Below are positions 38,567-50,892 of a DNA stretch of 64,000 nucleotides, in pieces. Numbering within the stretch: position 1 is the stretch's first letter; every line of letters starts with the position of its first letter. Source of the stretch: Octopus bimaculoides (Eukaryota); the NCBI RefSeq assembly GCF_001194135.2, contig NC_069006.1, forward strand, positions 16,233,993-16,297,992. Direction: 5' to 3'. The notes beneath the pieces are model-generated. The model searched no databases. It was not told the DNA's origin and saw nothing but the letters and a program-made list of their open reading frames with translations. Made by a program: the position numbers and the translations under genes.

Positions 38567-38879
38567 GTTTAGTTTTGTTTTGGTGTGCGAATATGTATGT
38601 TTGTGTTTAAGACTGCTATGACGTGTATGTGTTATGAATGTGTTTTTTATCATTATTATTTATAATATATGCTAATGATTGCATGTGTGTGTTTATGTGA
38701 GTGTCATTGTTATGATGTAAGTGTATTTATTTACCATCATGATTAATGTGTGTATGTATGTTTGTGCATGTGTTTTGCTTCACAAAATATTTCGTGCTTG
38801 TTTTTTTTTTCTGCTCTTTGATTGTATTTTCTTGTGTTTGTGTAGTTTTTGTAGACAAACACACATTCACACACACACA

Positions 38880-38916
<37 letters not shown>

Positions 38917-39069
38917 TCACATACACCCACAATATGTGTGTGTAGNNNNNNNNNNGTCAGACAGAACGGCTCAGCAGCATTTGTCCCAGCTTTCTGCACA
39001 TTGAGCCCAAACCCTGCTAAGGTCAACTTAGCCTATTCTTCATTTAGAAACTGATAGATAAAACTACAC

Positions 39070-39235
39070 CGATGCTGGTGTGTTTACGTCCCCGTAACTT
39101 AGCAGTTCGGCAAAAAGAGACCGATAGAATAAGTATTAGGCTTCCAAAGAATAAGTCCTGGGGTCGATTTGCTCGACTAAAGGCGGTGCTCCAGCATGGC
39201 CGCAGTCAAATGACTGAAACAAGTAAAAGAGTTAA
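39070..39235 (+). mobile_element. SINE family A, 3' half
   Basis: CCGATGCTGGTGTGTTTACGTCCCCGTAACTTAGC...GAAACAAGTAAAAGAG. Confidence 0.9.
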
Positions 39236-39778
39236 AAAAATATACATATACACACATACTTTATTAATTAGAGGATATATTAACCTCTTAGAGGGATGAC
39301 TACATCCAAGAAAGCACTGGTTCTATACCTAATATTTTGGGAAAACAAAATTTCCCTAAATTAACAGGTATATATTATGCATATAATCCATATTCAGTTA
39401 ATAGAAGAAAAGAAAATGGAGGATAATTCTTACTCATCTATGTTTGTGTGTCTTTCTGTTTATGTTTGTCCTCTCACCATTACTTAGTGGTTCAGCAAAA
39501 GGGATTGATAGAATAAGTACTAGGCTTCATTTGACTAAAAATTTAAGGCAATGCCCCCAGCTGCAGTCTAATGACTCAAACAAGTAAAAGAGAAAAGAAT
39601 CACATCATTGAAACCTTGGGGCTGCAAGATAACACAAGATTAATTCAAAAGAATTTAAATGAATAAGCATCACGTTTTGTAGAGTAATCTGAATGCTAAA
39701 GAGTTAAGAGTACATTAAATAATACATTCCAAGATAAACTGTGTCTGAACCAAATAATCAGATGATGATAGCTATATT

Positions 39779-40020
39779 TCGTTTTTGGATTTGGCTTGCA
39801 AGATTTTTTATGTGATTTCGTGTGTTGAAGCATATTCTGTTGTGTCTGAGGAGAGTCATTTTCTTTTGGTGCCTTAAAATTTAACACACCCACCGTGAAA
39901 AGGTTGCAAGATGCAACGAAAATTTTAGGAAAATAAAAATAAGAAATAAGTGGAAATTTTAACGGTGAGTGTGTTAAATTTTAAGGCACAATAAGAAAAT
40001 GACTCTCCCCAGACACAACA
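39779..40020 (-). mobile_element. Palindromic Penelope-like element P2a with deleted centre
   Basis: Homologous to 44869-45202; arms 39838-39896 and 39962-40020 (59 bp, 4 mismatches); TSD GATAGCTATA(TT) at 39767-39778 and 40021-40032. Confidence 0.8.
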
Positions 40021-40040
40021 GATAGCTATATTGTTTACAG

Positions 40041-40191
40041 CAAAATCAAAACTGATCTGGGACTAATTGACGAAAACGACAATTTGTGGACAATTCTGAA
40101 CCTTGTACATCCAAGTGTACAACATTCAGTTCACAACCTGCTGTATGTAGATATTGACATGGATGGACTTGGAAGAGAGATGACGGTATAG
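40041..40191 (+). CDS. Candidate exon of an unknown gene (unconfirmed)
   Basis: TTGTTTACAG acceptor, then 49 open codons KIKTDLGLIDENDNLWTILNLVHPSVQHSVHNLLYVDIDMDGLGREMTV*; no homology recognised. The opposite strand is also open for 48 codons. Confidence 0.2.
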
Positions 40192-40746
40192 ACTGAAATT
40201 GGACAAGGAAACTGAACAGTTGCGATAACAAATACTGGAGTGTTATACCAAGGTTGATGATGATGATGCTGTTGCAGGATGATGACAATGCAGTGGTGGC
40301 AATGGTGGTGGTGGAGGTTGCAGTGGTGGCAGCAGCAGGTGTTAGCAACAGCAGCAAGGTGGTGGCAGAGATATAGGTAGCACAGATGATTAACATAAGA
40401 ATGGAAAGTAATGACAATACCAACAATTATTACAACGTGCCACCAGCTACCAATCATACAATACATATCTCACACACACACACTTCATAATTTTAACAAT
40501 ATCCAAAAATTAGCAATTGTGGTGTTTCCCATAAATTTTGGCTTTTTTTTTTTTTTTTTTGGCAGAAAGCTATTTACTTATTACTGTCAGTTTAATGAGA
40601 TTCAAGATCTAATCACTTCACTATTCGTTTAAGAGAATATGTGTGTGTGCATGCATTTAAGAGAGTATCAGTTATGTGTATGTACATGCATAAGTTTCTC
40701 TTTTTCTCTCCTCTCAAATCTATTTCTTCTCTTCTCTGTATATGCA

Positions 40747-40777
<31 letters not shown>

Positions 40778-41034
40778 CACTAGCAGATATTGGTGAGATT
40801 TTTTCTGCAATGCTGTCTGCCAGGTAAAGAAGGACTACAACAAGTGGCAAAACTGTATGGTGGAACATACACCGCCAACAAATTACCGACATGGAGAAAT
40901 GGATGCATAATAAAGAATAAGTCCTGGGGTCAATTTCTTAAACTAAAACCTTTTAAGGTGGTGCCCAAGTATGGCCAAAGTCAAAATGACTGAAACATAT
41001 AAAAGAACAAAAGAATATATATATATCTATCAGT

Positions 41035-41240
41035 GGCAAGCTGGAAGAATCGTTAGCACGCCAGGTGAAATGCTTAGCGGTATTTCGTCTGCCGTTACAT
41101 TCTGAGTTCAAATTCTGCTGAGGTCAACTTTGCCTTTCATCCTTTTGGGGTCGATTAAATAAGTACCAGTTACGCACTGGGGTTGATGTAATAGACTTAA
41201 TCCCTTTGTCTGTCCTTGTTTGTCCCCTCTATGTTTAGCC
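41035..41240 (+). mobile_element. SINE family B (same tail as 21008)
   Basis: GCTGGAAGAATCGTTAGCACG...TTTAGCCCCCTGTGGGCAATAAAGAAATA. Confidence 0.92.
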
Positions 41241-41257
41241 CCCTGTGGGCAATAAAG

Positions 41258-41335
<78 letters not shown>

Positions 41336-41984
41336 GTAAATAAGAAAACTAAGAAAAACACAGCAAAGTAATTGGATGCCAACAAAGAATATATAGTTAA
41401 AGTAAAAGAAAACAAAAGAAAAATAATCATTCTATTTTTAGTGTATAAATAAATTACACGTGCACACATAACATACGTGAGTGTGTGTGTGTGTGTGTAA
41501 TGTATATATAATACATATTATGCAACACATTGTTAACAAATATATCCAAATATCAAATTTAATGAAGGTGGAAGACAAGCAGAGACTGATTCTTGTTGAT
41601 TTGTAATTTAAGACTGATGTTTTGTTCCTCCTCCAGGGCTGAAAGCAAAGATTGTAAATCAAAACTTTATACACAAAGTAATTAAAAAGTAAAACACTGG
41701 AATCCAAAGAAACCACTGTTTTGGTGTTGCTAAATCTTGATGCAAAGAGTTCAAGCGGTAGAATAAATTTTGTACCAAGAGGAAGAAGAGAAAGTCTTGT
41801 ATTTTCAAGCAGAAACCGTTGTGGAAGAGAGATGAAAAGATGAAATAAGTTAAGTGATTGCTAGAACAAAACAATTACACAAGAGTCAAAATAGGTAAAA
41901 AAAACACAAGAAAAAAACAACAATGCGAGGACATGGTACATTGCAAAGTATTAATAAGGTGCTCAGGGAAGAAAGGAAAGGGTG

Positions 41985-42018
41985 CTTCATGTTTCAAGCA
42001 AAGCTCTTCTTCAGAAAC
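41985..42018 (-). ncRNA. Degenerate hammerhead motif in a probable Penelope-type tail
   Basis: Minus strand CTGAAGA-A-GAGC(ttt)GCTT-GAAA-CAT; the cleavage triplet is decayed. Confidence 0.4.
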
Positions 42019-42373
42019 AGGAAACAGAGGAAAGTCCAAAAGAAAAGGAAGGCAGGGGAAAAAAATTGCCAACAATCCACATATTATATACATATATATA
42101 TATATANNNNNNNNNNNNNNNNNNNNNNNNNNNNNNNNNNNNNNNNNNNNNNNNNNNNNNNNNNNNNNNNNNNNCAGAGTATTTCTTTCTTTGGCAAAAG
42201 CTAAATTTTATCAGAATGTATTATTGCTGGCATCAATGAAGTAAACTCGTTAACCACTCAGAAATGCCTTGCATGCACCCACACATATATTATGTGTGGG
42301 TGTGTGTGTGTAAGAATATGTAGTGTGTTTGTATACAAAGAAAGAGAGGAAGAGGGAGAGAGAGAGACACAAA

Positions 42374-42415
<42 letters not shown>

Positions 42416-42539
42416 ACACATGTACATGTTTATAAAAATACACCTATGCACACATATATACCTGTAATACCTGTGTGTGTGTATCTAGCTATCAATGCAT
42501 ACATACATGTATTCACAGACACACACATAAAAGGAGTGA

Positions 42540-42885
42540 GTTAAAATTCCATAGTGTACCAAACGCAAACTATGAGCACACAAGAGGTGCAGTGGAATCC
42601 CAGGAAGTAGACTGTATATGTGGCAAATGCACAGGAACAATAAACATTAAGTGTGCACAGGAAATGGATTTTTACAAATGCCCAGGAGGATCCACAAACG
42701 TCATAGGTAACTTCTATTACCTAAGTAACAGAATTAGCGGTAGAGGAGGATGTTCTGAAAGTATAGCAGCTAGAGTGAGAACAAGCTGCAGAAAGTTCAG
42801 AGAGGTATTATCTCAGTTGGTAACAAAAGGCTTCTCTCCCAGAGTGGAAGGCAGATTCTATGATGCTTGTGAGATATGGACCTTG
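42540..42885 (+). mobile_element. RTE LINE ORF2 fragment (post-RT region)
   Basis: NFYYLSNRISGRGGCSESIAARVRTSCRKFREVLSQLVTKGFSPRVEGRFYDAC (cf. FCYLGD.IS.GGGC..A..ARIR..W.KFREL.P.L...KGRLY.AC). Confidence 0.85.
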
Positions 42886-43589
42886 AACACAAATGAAACT
42901 ATAGCTCTGCAGGTATATTGTGTGTAAACACAAAGCTCCCCTTATGCAGTCTTCCCTACCATGCCTTCCCCACTACACCACATCTCCCTATTTATTGGTC
43001 TTCTCATGATAGTATCATGCTGCTGAAATTAAATAAGAGCAGAACTACATATTTACCATCCTTTACTATGCTATCAGCAATCTCTCCCACTACCCAGAAT
43101 CACTTCTCTACTCGCATTTTATACTGATCACCCTTCTGCACTAGCAGTTTACTCTCCCAATCTCTAACTAGCCCTTACTTTCCCCATACACTCTTGTAAT
43201 GTCCACCCATCCACCCTTCCCAATCTTCTGTCATATATAGCCATATATATCTCCTTTTCAACAAATGTACTTGTTCCTGTCCCTACTTTCATATTTTAAC
43301 CTCTTAATGTCCAGCATAAAGCTGCTGCTTACTCTACTATACTTTCATTCCATCAAGAGGAATCTTTAGTTTGGCAAATTACATAGAAACCTCACTAGTG
43401 CTGGTGCCATGAAAAGAAAAAATAATCAGTATACTCTTTAAAGTGACTGGCTTTAGGAAGGGCATCAAGCCTCAGAAACCATGCCAACGCAGACACTGGA
43501 GTATGACGGAGTCCTCTGATTCATGGGATTTTGTTGAACCATCCAATCCATGCCAGCACAGAAGATGAATATTAGATGATGATAAAGAG

Positions 43590-43657
<68 letters not shown>

Positions 43658-44868
43658 GCATACATACTCATATGAACAAAAACATATATACATACACATG
43701 CATATATAGAGGTTAGGCCAAAAACCATACACTAAGCTAAAAACTAATTTAACATATCAAAATGAATAATAGCAACAACAATAATAATAATAATAATAAC
43801 TTAATATAAATAAAATGTCAAAATGTTTTTGTGCGTGCCTTTGGGCCCACCCTGTACATAGACATGCACACACACACACACACGTGCGCGCACACACTCA
43901 CACATTCATACATGTGTTTATGCATGTACACGCACGCACGCACGCACACATTTTGTAAATAGGCAGGTGTTGCCTTTTAATCAATGTAAAAATTAAAACG
44001 CTAATAACAAACTGTGGAAATCAATCATCTCAGCCTTGGCTTTCCCACAACGCAAAAAAAACCTCTCCATATACATAAATGATGGACCAGCTGGGAACAG
44101 AGCTGTATTTATAAAAACTTTCAGCTATATGCACCAATGAGGGAGCTTCTCCTTTTTATGCATACACTTCATCAATATACATCAGCAAAATATATATATA
44201 CACAGGAGTTGTTTTAGGAACTGATCTACATAAAATTTTCTGACCTTGAAGAGAATACATTTTTGTTTACAGAATTCAGAGTTTGGGAAAGAGCATCAAA
44301 AATAAATATTCTACCTTGTGTATCTAGTTGTATAGTTGTTTTCCTTCCCTTGTCTATGTAGCAATACATTTGTCCTGATAATTGCTGACCTCTGCAGAAG
44401 CAGAAAATATGAAAGCAAGTACAATAATGTGGAGTGACTTGGTGCTAAGCAACAATAGGCTCCATGTCAAGCCATCCAACCCATGCCAGCATGGTTAAAA
44501 CAAACGTTAAATGATGATGATGATGATTGGATACTCATATGTGAAAACTCTTTGGTCAAGATTCATTCCAGCCTGGAACTAAACCAGACTTTCTTACTCA
44601 AGGCCTTGATCTTATATTGTAAGTTCCGAATGTCATGTTAGCACCCACCTGTAGTACATATACTATGGGTCAAGGTTAAAATTGGGTGTTGTTTCTGGAA
44701 GTTGACTGAAAGCACATATTCTCACTGGTTCAATGTGTAGAAAATTTCTTTCAAAGAAGTACCTGCAAGGAGTAACCCCCAAATCTGTTATCAAATCACA
44801 CAATACAATCTTAGCAAAGGGCTATACCGAATGGTGATACTCCTGTGGATATAAACAAACATTGGATA

Positions 44869-45202
44869 TTTCGTTTTTGGATTTGGTTTGCAAGATTTTT
44901 TATGTGATTTCGTGTATTGAAGCATATTCTGTTGTGTCTGGGGAGAGTCATTTTCTTATTGTGCCTTGAAATTTAACACACTCACCGTTAAAATTTCCAC
45001 TTATTTCTTATTTTTATTTTCCTAAAATTTTCGTTGTGTCTTGCAACCTTATCAATAGTTTTGACAGTCAAAACTATTGATAAGGTTGCAAGACACAACG
45101 AAAATTTTAGGAAAATAAAAATAAGAAATAAGTGGAAATTTTAACGGTGAGTGTGTTAAATTTCAAGGCACAATAAGAAAATGACTCTCCCCAGACACAA
45201 CA
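44869..45202 (-). mobile_element. Palindromic Penelope-like element P2b containing a perfect 273-bp palindrome
   Basis: Arms 44930-45065 and 45067-45202 are exact reverse complements around one central A (45066); 61-bp one-sided extension; TSD AAACATTGGATA at 44857-44868 and 45203-45214. Confidence 0.9.
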
Positions 45203-45344
45203 AAACATTGGATAGTCATGTGAAAACTCTTTGGTCAAAGTTTGGTTTAACCTGGGGCTAAACCAAACTATTTACACAAGTGTTTGATCTTATATTTTAA
45301 GTCCTGAATATCAGGTTAGAACCTTCCTGCAGTACTTACAGGGT

Positions 45345-45564
45345 AGGGGTGGGTACTCAAAAGTTCCTGGTTTCAAAGATATTGTAAAAGACCTGGTTGG
45401 AGGCCCAACCTTCCAAGATCTTTCACAGGGCTTAGAAAAACTCAAGGACTACTGCAATAAGTGTGTGAATATAAGAGGGGGATATGTTGAATAAAACCAT
45501 AATTAACTGATCCTCCTGTATTTTCTTTTACCTGAAACCAGGAACTTTTCAGCACACCCTCATA
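45345..45564 (+). mobile_element. Mariner-type MITE (same family as 13743)
   Basis: GGTACTCAAAAGTTCCTGGTTTC ... GAAACCAGGAACTTTTCAGCACACCCTCA-TA. Confidence 0.75.
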
Positions 45565-45999
45565 TACAATGGTCAAGGCTGAAATTGGGTGCTGTTTCTA
45601 GCAGGTCGACTGATAGCATATAATATTCTCACTGGTTTGATGTGTAGAAATTTTCTTTCAAAGAGAGAGGCAGCTGGTGTTTCAAGCACAAGTTAAATGA
45701 CTCTATGAAAAACTGCTCCCACCCTCACATCCAACCTGCCCTGCTCTACATCTATCAGCTCATTTATTGTCTGTTTTTAGAAGCCAGCAAGTCAATTTAA
45801 CTCATCGTGTAGAGTTGGCATAAATAAATGAATAGCAGGTCTTTAAACTTTTAAATAACCCAATAAACTTTATCCTTTCCAACAAATGTATGCTGGTAAA
45901 AATTTCTTTGGAAACGCTTCAGAATTATTATTGACTCAAAGTCTTCAAAGGAAAACAATGAAGTAAAAAAGCTACATCATCATCATCATCATCATCATC

Positions 46000-46030
<31 letters not shown>

Positions 46031-46191
46031 TAATAATCATCATCTAATGTCCATTTGAGAGAGAGAGAGATTTCATCACAGGAATGAATAACAAAGATGA
46101 AATTATCATTCGCCAATGTTATTTCAATATTTCATTATCATGTAGAAACTTTTGAAAGAATACATATATCAATATATGTATGTGGATGTAT

Positions 46192-46249
<58 letters not shown>

Positions 46250-47574
46250 TGTGTGCATACACATATACCAGTGGGAGGAGAGGTAGGTTGATAAAGAGCT
46301 AAAAGCAAGCACAATTGATATTTCCCAGTAACAGCTTTAGAGCCAATAATTCTGTAGTTTATGCCCCAATTGGGGTTAAATTAACCTTCCATCTCACAAA
46401 GATCAATCAAAAGGGAAATGGACCACCAACTTGAAGGATGCTTTGCATACATAAAATTGGCACAGAGTCACATTTGTTTGAGTCAAATAGCCTGTTTGGT
46501 TATTGGCTATCAATGGTCAGTGGATTCATGTTTCATTACCAGTATGATGCTGTCAACATGACAGCATCATACAGCAGGTTACTCTCAAAGGTGGAGACCT
46601 AAATATATATATATCAACAAAGGAAATATATATTAGTGGTTCTCAGACGTTTGTAACTATAACCTCTCTTTTTTGCCAAGCACATATTCCCCATTTTGAA
46701 TGCACAGACATGTAATATAAAACCTGAGTAGTGACGGTGTGTGACATAATGGTTAGGGCATTCGGCTCCTGATCATAATGTCAGGAGTTCAATTCCCTGC
46801 TGCATGTCGTGTCCTTGAGCCAAAGCATGCTCAATGTCTCTGTAGCAGACTTCCCAAGTTTAATGCAAATTTTCACGTTGGCTTGTTGTTCCAACTTCCT
46901 GTCCATGACAAAAAAAAATCAACAGACTACAGCATACGTGTGATCATAAAATCACAAATTTCCCAACTTACAAAGTAAAGACAGCAATGTCATTTGGCAC
47001 ACTGCCTCATGAAGGTCACTGCTAGCTCTCACTGTGCTGCCATCTGTTGGTGCACTATAGAACTAGTCCAGGAAGCTTTTGATACCACCTCATACACAAA
47101 TTCATGCACTTTCTCTATATCACACACACTCTCTCTCTATATATATATTACATACTTTCTCTCTTTCTTCATATTACACTCTCACTCTCTCTCTCTCTCT
47201 CTCTCATTCTAAAGTATAAAAATTTATCTTAGAAGAAACAAAAAAAGGTAAAGAAGAAAAAGTGTGATGATGGTCACAATGGTGAAGTAGTGATAGAAGC
47301 ACTGGTGGCGGTGGTGGTGGTGGCTGAAGTAGCAGCAGCAGCAGTAGCAGTAGTAGTAGTAGTAATTATGCAACAACAGCCTAGTCTAATCAGATGTCTG
47401 CAAGCAGCAATAATTATTAAAGCTTGCTTCTTAAGTGGCCTTTTTTTTCCCCCCTTCAGCAAACTGATTCTAAATTTACAAAAAAAAAATTTTTTAGTAA
47501 AAAAAAAAAAATGAAAAAAAAAAATAAATAAAAGGCATTAATCATTATTTCATTAATTTTTCAACTCAGACTTT

Positions 47575-48262
47575 CACCAACATTGCTAAACCTATCAACA
47601 GTTTCTCGGTCAGAGAAGAGAGAGAAATAAAATCATAATTTTCCAAATTAGGCACAAAGCCAGCAGTTTGGTGGGTAGGGGGTAAGATGATTATGCCAAT
47701 TCCAGTATTTGATTGATATTTTAGCGACCTCGGAGAGTTGAAAGGTAAAGTTGATGTCATCAGGACTTGAACTCAAATTGTCAAAAAAAAACAGAAGAAA
47801 TATCATAAGGCTTATCTAATGCTTTAACAATTTGGCCAATAAATAACCATTTCTAATTTAGGCACCCAGCCAGCAATTATATAAGGCAAGGGGTTAGCCA
47901 ATTAGATCAGCCACTTGACCTTGCAGGTGCTCTGTTTAATCAACACTGTACGGGAAAAAGGCAAATGTGACCCATGTAGGATTTTTAATTCGGAACGTGA
48001 AGAGCCAGCTCTAATGATTCTGCCAATAATAATAATAATAACAATAATAATCCTTTCTACTAAAGGCACAAGACCTGAAATTTGCGGGAGGGGGACTAGT
48101 CAATTACAACAATCCCAGTGTTTCACTGAAAGGATGGAAGGCAAAGTTGACCTTGGCAGAATTTGAACTCAGAATGTAGCAACAGGTGAAATACCACTAA
48201 GCATTTCGCCCAGCATGCTAACAATTCTGCCAGCTCGCCCCCACCTTACTAATACTAATACT

Positions 48263-48295
<33 letters not shown>

Positions 48296-48625
48296 CTTTT
48301 CTACTCTAGGCGCAAGGCCCAAAATTTATGGGGAGTGGGGCAGTTGATTACATTGACCCCCACCCCCCACCCCAGTATGCAAATGGTACTTAATTTATTG
48401 ACCCCAAAAGGATGAAAGGCAAATAATAATAATGATAATAATGATAATAATGATTTCAANNNNNNNNNNTTACATCAATGTCAGGACTCAACTGGTACTT
48501 ATTTTATCAACTCCAAAAAGGATGAAAAGGCAAAGTCAACCTCACCAGAATTTGAACACAGGACGCGAAAGACAGACAAAATGCCGCTAAGCGTGCTAAT
48601 GATTCTGCCAGCTCACTACCTTAAA
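47575..48625 (-). mobile_element. Array of about five SINE family B copies or fragments separated by (AAT)n
   Basis: Repeated GGCACAA.GCC...GAAAGG.AAAGT...GAATTTGAAC blocks in one orientation. Confidence 0.75.
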
Positions 48626-49199
48626 TAATAATAATAATAATAATAATATCATCATCATCATCATCATCATGGTGGTGGTGGTGGTGGTGGTGGCAGTGAC
48701 ACTATCTCACCAGTGTATGCTAATCTGTCACAAGGTTACCCGTTTACAGCTGTGTGGACTGGAGCAATGTGAAATGAAGTGATTTGCTCAAGAACTCAAC
48801 TGGTCAAGGAAACAAAACCATGACCTCGCAATCATGAGTGCAACACCTTGCTCATTAGGTCACATGACTTCACAACAAGCACAAAAGAAAATACGAGTGC
48901 CACTCTCTTTCCTTCGTCTCTCTCTTTCACACACACACGTTCTTTTTTTTTTTTTATAACCCATTCAGCCCTTCCTAACATGAAAAGCATTTGTAAAATA
49001 TTGAAGATGACATTCCATTTGTTGATCATCATAGAAGTGGTAAATGATAATGGAAAGTAAGCTCTTCTTACTTAACCTATAGAGCCAATGTGTATATGAA
49101 CTTACAATGAGAGAGGGGGGGGGGACCTTAGACTAGCAACAGCAACAATGGCAGTTGCTGTGCCTACTGAAAAATCAGAAGTACATAATGTTGTAAGTA

Positions 49200-49620
49200 G
49201 GAGAGACATGGAGGAGAATCCATAACTAAACAAACATCCAAGCCACATCTGCAATACAGATATCAACAAACAAGGAAGTAACCATATAATGTAACATCAT
49301 ACAGTTACATGAAGCAATCAACAGGGGTCCTTCTGGGCATTGTCAATAAGAGAAAATCTCATTGCTGAGAGGAAGCTCCCCCCCCCCCTTCCATCAGCCA
49401 TCTCCAGCAATCAACACTGTGGGAGTAAGGCAAGACACATATAAAGGTATTGAATAACCTTAACTGCACTGGAGCATGACACATATATTTAGAAGTGGCA
49501 TTGAGATAGCTCTGCAGTCATGATATATCCTCTGCATGTATTTCAATGAAAATGATGATATATCTACCAGAAACATTCTCTATATCAACCCACAGACATC
49601 TAATAATATTTCAGTCTGCA
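49200..49620 (+). mobile_element. Possible highly decayed Penelope GIY-YIG endonuclease region
   Basis: Fragmentary SAIS...KVL...HIYLEVA...FNENDD..LPETF resembles the PLE EN C-terminus pattern SAI.EH...KVL...R.FLEA...N.D.G..LP; many stops. Confidence 0.3.
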
Positions 49621-50257
49621 TTTCATCAAATCAAAAGCATCTGTTTTCCCACTCATTGTATTTTCATTACATTAATAAAACTCCTCGAGGGGCACTCTTA
49701 GTTCTGCACACTATCTTTTCAAATTCTTCTTCTCGGAGAGTCACACAAAATGCCTTGCAGTATCTCTACCAGTTCTATATTTTCCAAATTCAATTCTTGT
49801 TGAACTCAATTTTGCCATTCATCCTTCTGGAGTCAATAAAATAAGTATCAATCAAGAACTGGGGTTAGTTTAACCTTTTAGCATTTGGACCAGCCACATC
49901 TGGTCCACCTATCTAACTAACTAAAGTATAATGGGCAAACGAACAAGCAGATTATTATATAGACTATTATTATTTTCTCTTTATCACAGGTTTTGTTGGA
50001 GCTCCTGGAGTCTTGCATGCATAGCAGGCTCACTACCTGCAGCCTACAGTACCATGCTTTTCGTTCTTTTCAGCTATATAATACTTTCTTGATTATTCTG
50101 GCTGTGCCAGGGAGGCAAGTGAGAGAACAATGCATGCCATCAAAATGACACTGGGGTACAAATATATGAAACCCAATATACCCATCGTGATTACCCGTCT
50201 GATAAGGGTACACCAGGTACATACATCACAACCATATGTGCACAACAACATGGTGAC

Positions 50258-50309
50258 CTGCAAGGTCATGCACTGGTATATCAAGATATACCAGTGCATG
50301 ACCTTGCAG
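50258..50309. repeat. Perfect hairpin, 25-bp arms, 2-nt loop
   Basis: CTGCAAGGTCATGCACTGGTATATC-AA-GATATACCAGTGCATGACCTTGCAG. Confidence 0.95.
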
Positions 50310-50892
50310 ATGGAGCCCAGTTAGAATTTTTTTCAGGTTGAGAAGCCCACTCTGCTCAAAAGGTCCCTAAAGGAGGGTTGTTTAAGGATGATGAACGAAA
50401 CACCCATGCTTCTAGGGGTGAATTATTGAAACCCCAAAGAATTCAGAATTCCTCTCAACACATAGCTACGATACACACTGCCACTACTTCTGCTCATGAT
50501 CAGAGATGCACATATCATCAGTCACTAAGGAACATGTTCAACTGATTACAATCAAGCAACTGCCAAGCAAATCTGTAGTATTGAGCAGAATATTTGCTTC
50601 CAATCAGTTAAGATCAGAAGCCATATTATTTATGTTGCTTGCTACTGACCAACAACTTATCGACTGAAATGAGGAACATTTTCATATCAGCTCTTGTTTT
50701 ATACTGAAGACTTACTAAATAAACCCTGCTGAACTTCATAAATGCTTTCTATACTGCACTCACTGACAGATTAAGATCGTATCAGATTGAGGAAGCATGT
50801 TTCTGTGTAATATAAGCTGCTGCTTTGTCTTCCTGTTGTCATCCTTCAGCTCATCCTTCCTCCACCCAATAATTTCAACTCTATACATTATT

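Noticed and set aside
41923-42244. Lysine-rich ORFs
   Set aside because: Purine-rich repeat tail running into (TA)n and a gap; no protein features.
47575-48625. R4/Dong element as the partner directing SINE B into AAT tracts
   Set aside because: Dong-type elements associate with (TAA)n on their sense strand, whereas SINE B ends in (ATT)n on its sense strand, and no shared 3' end was visible.
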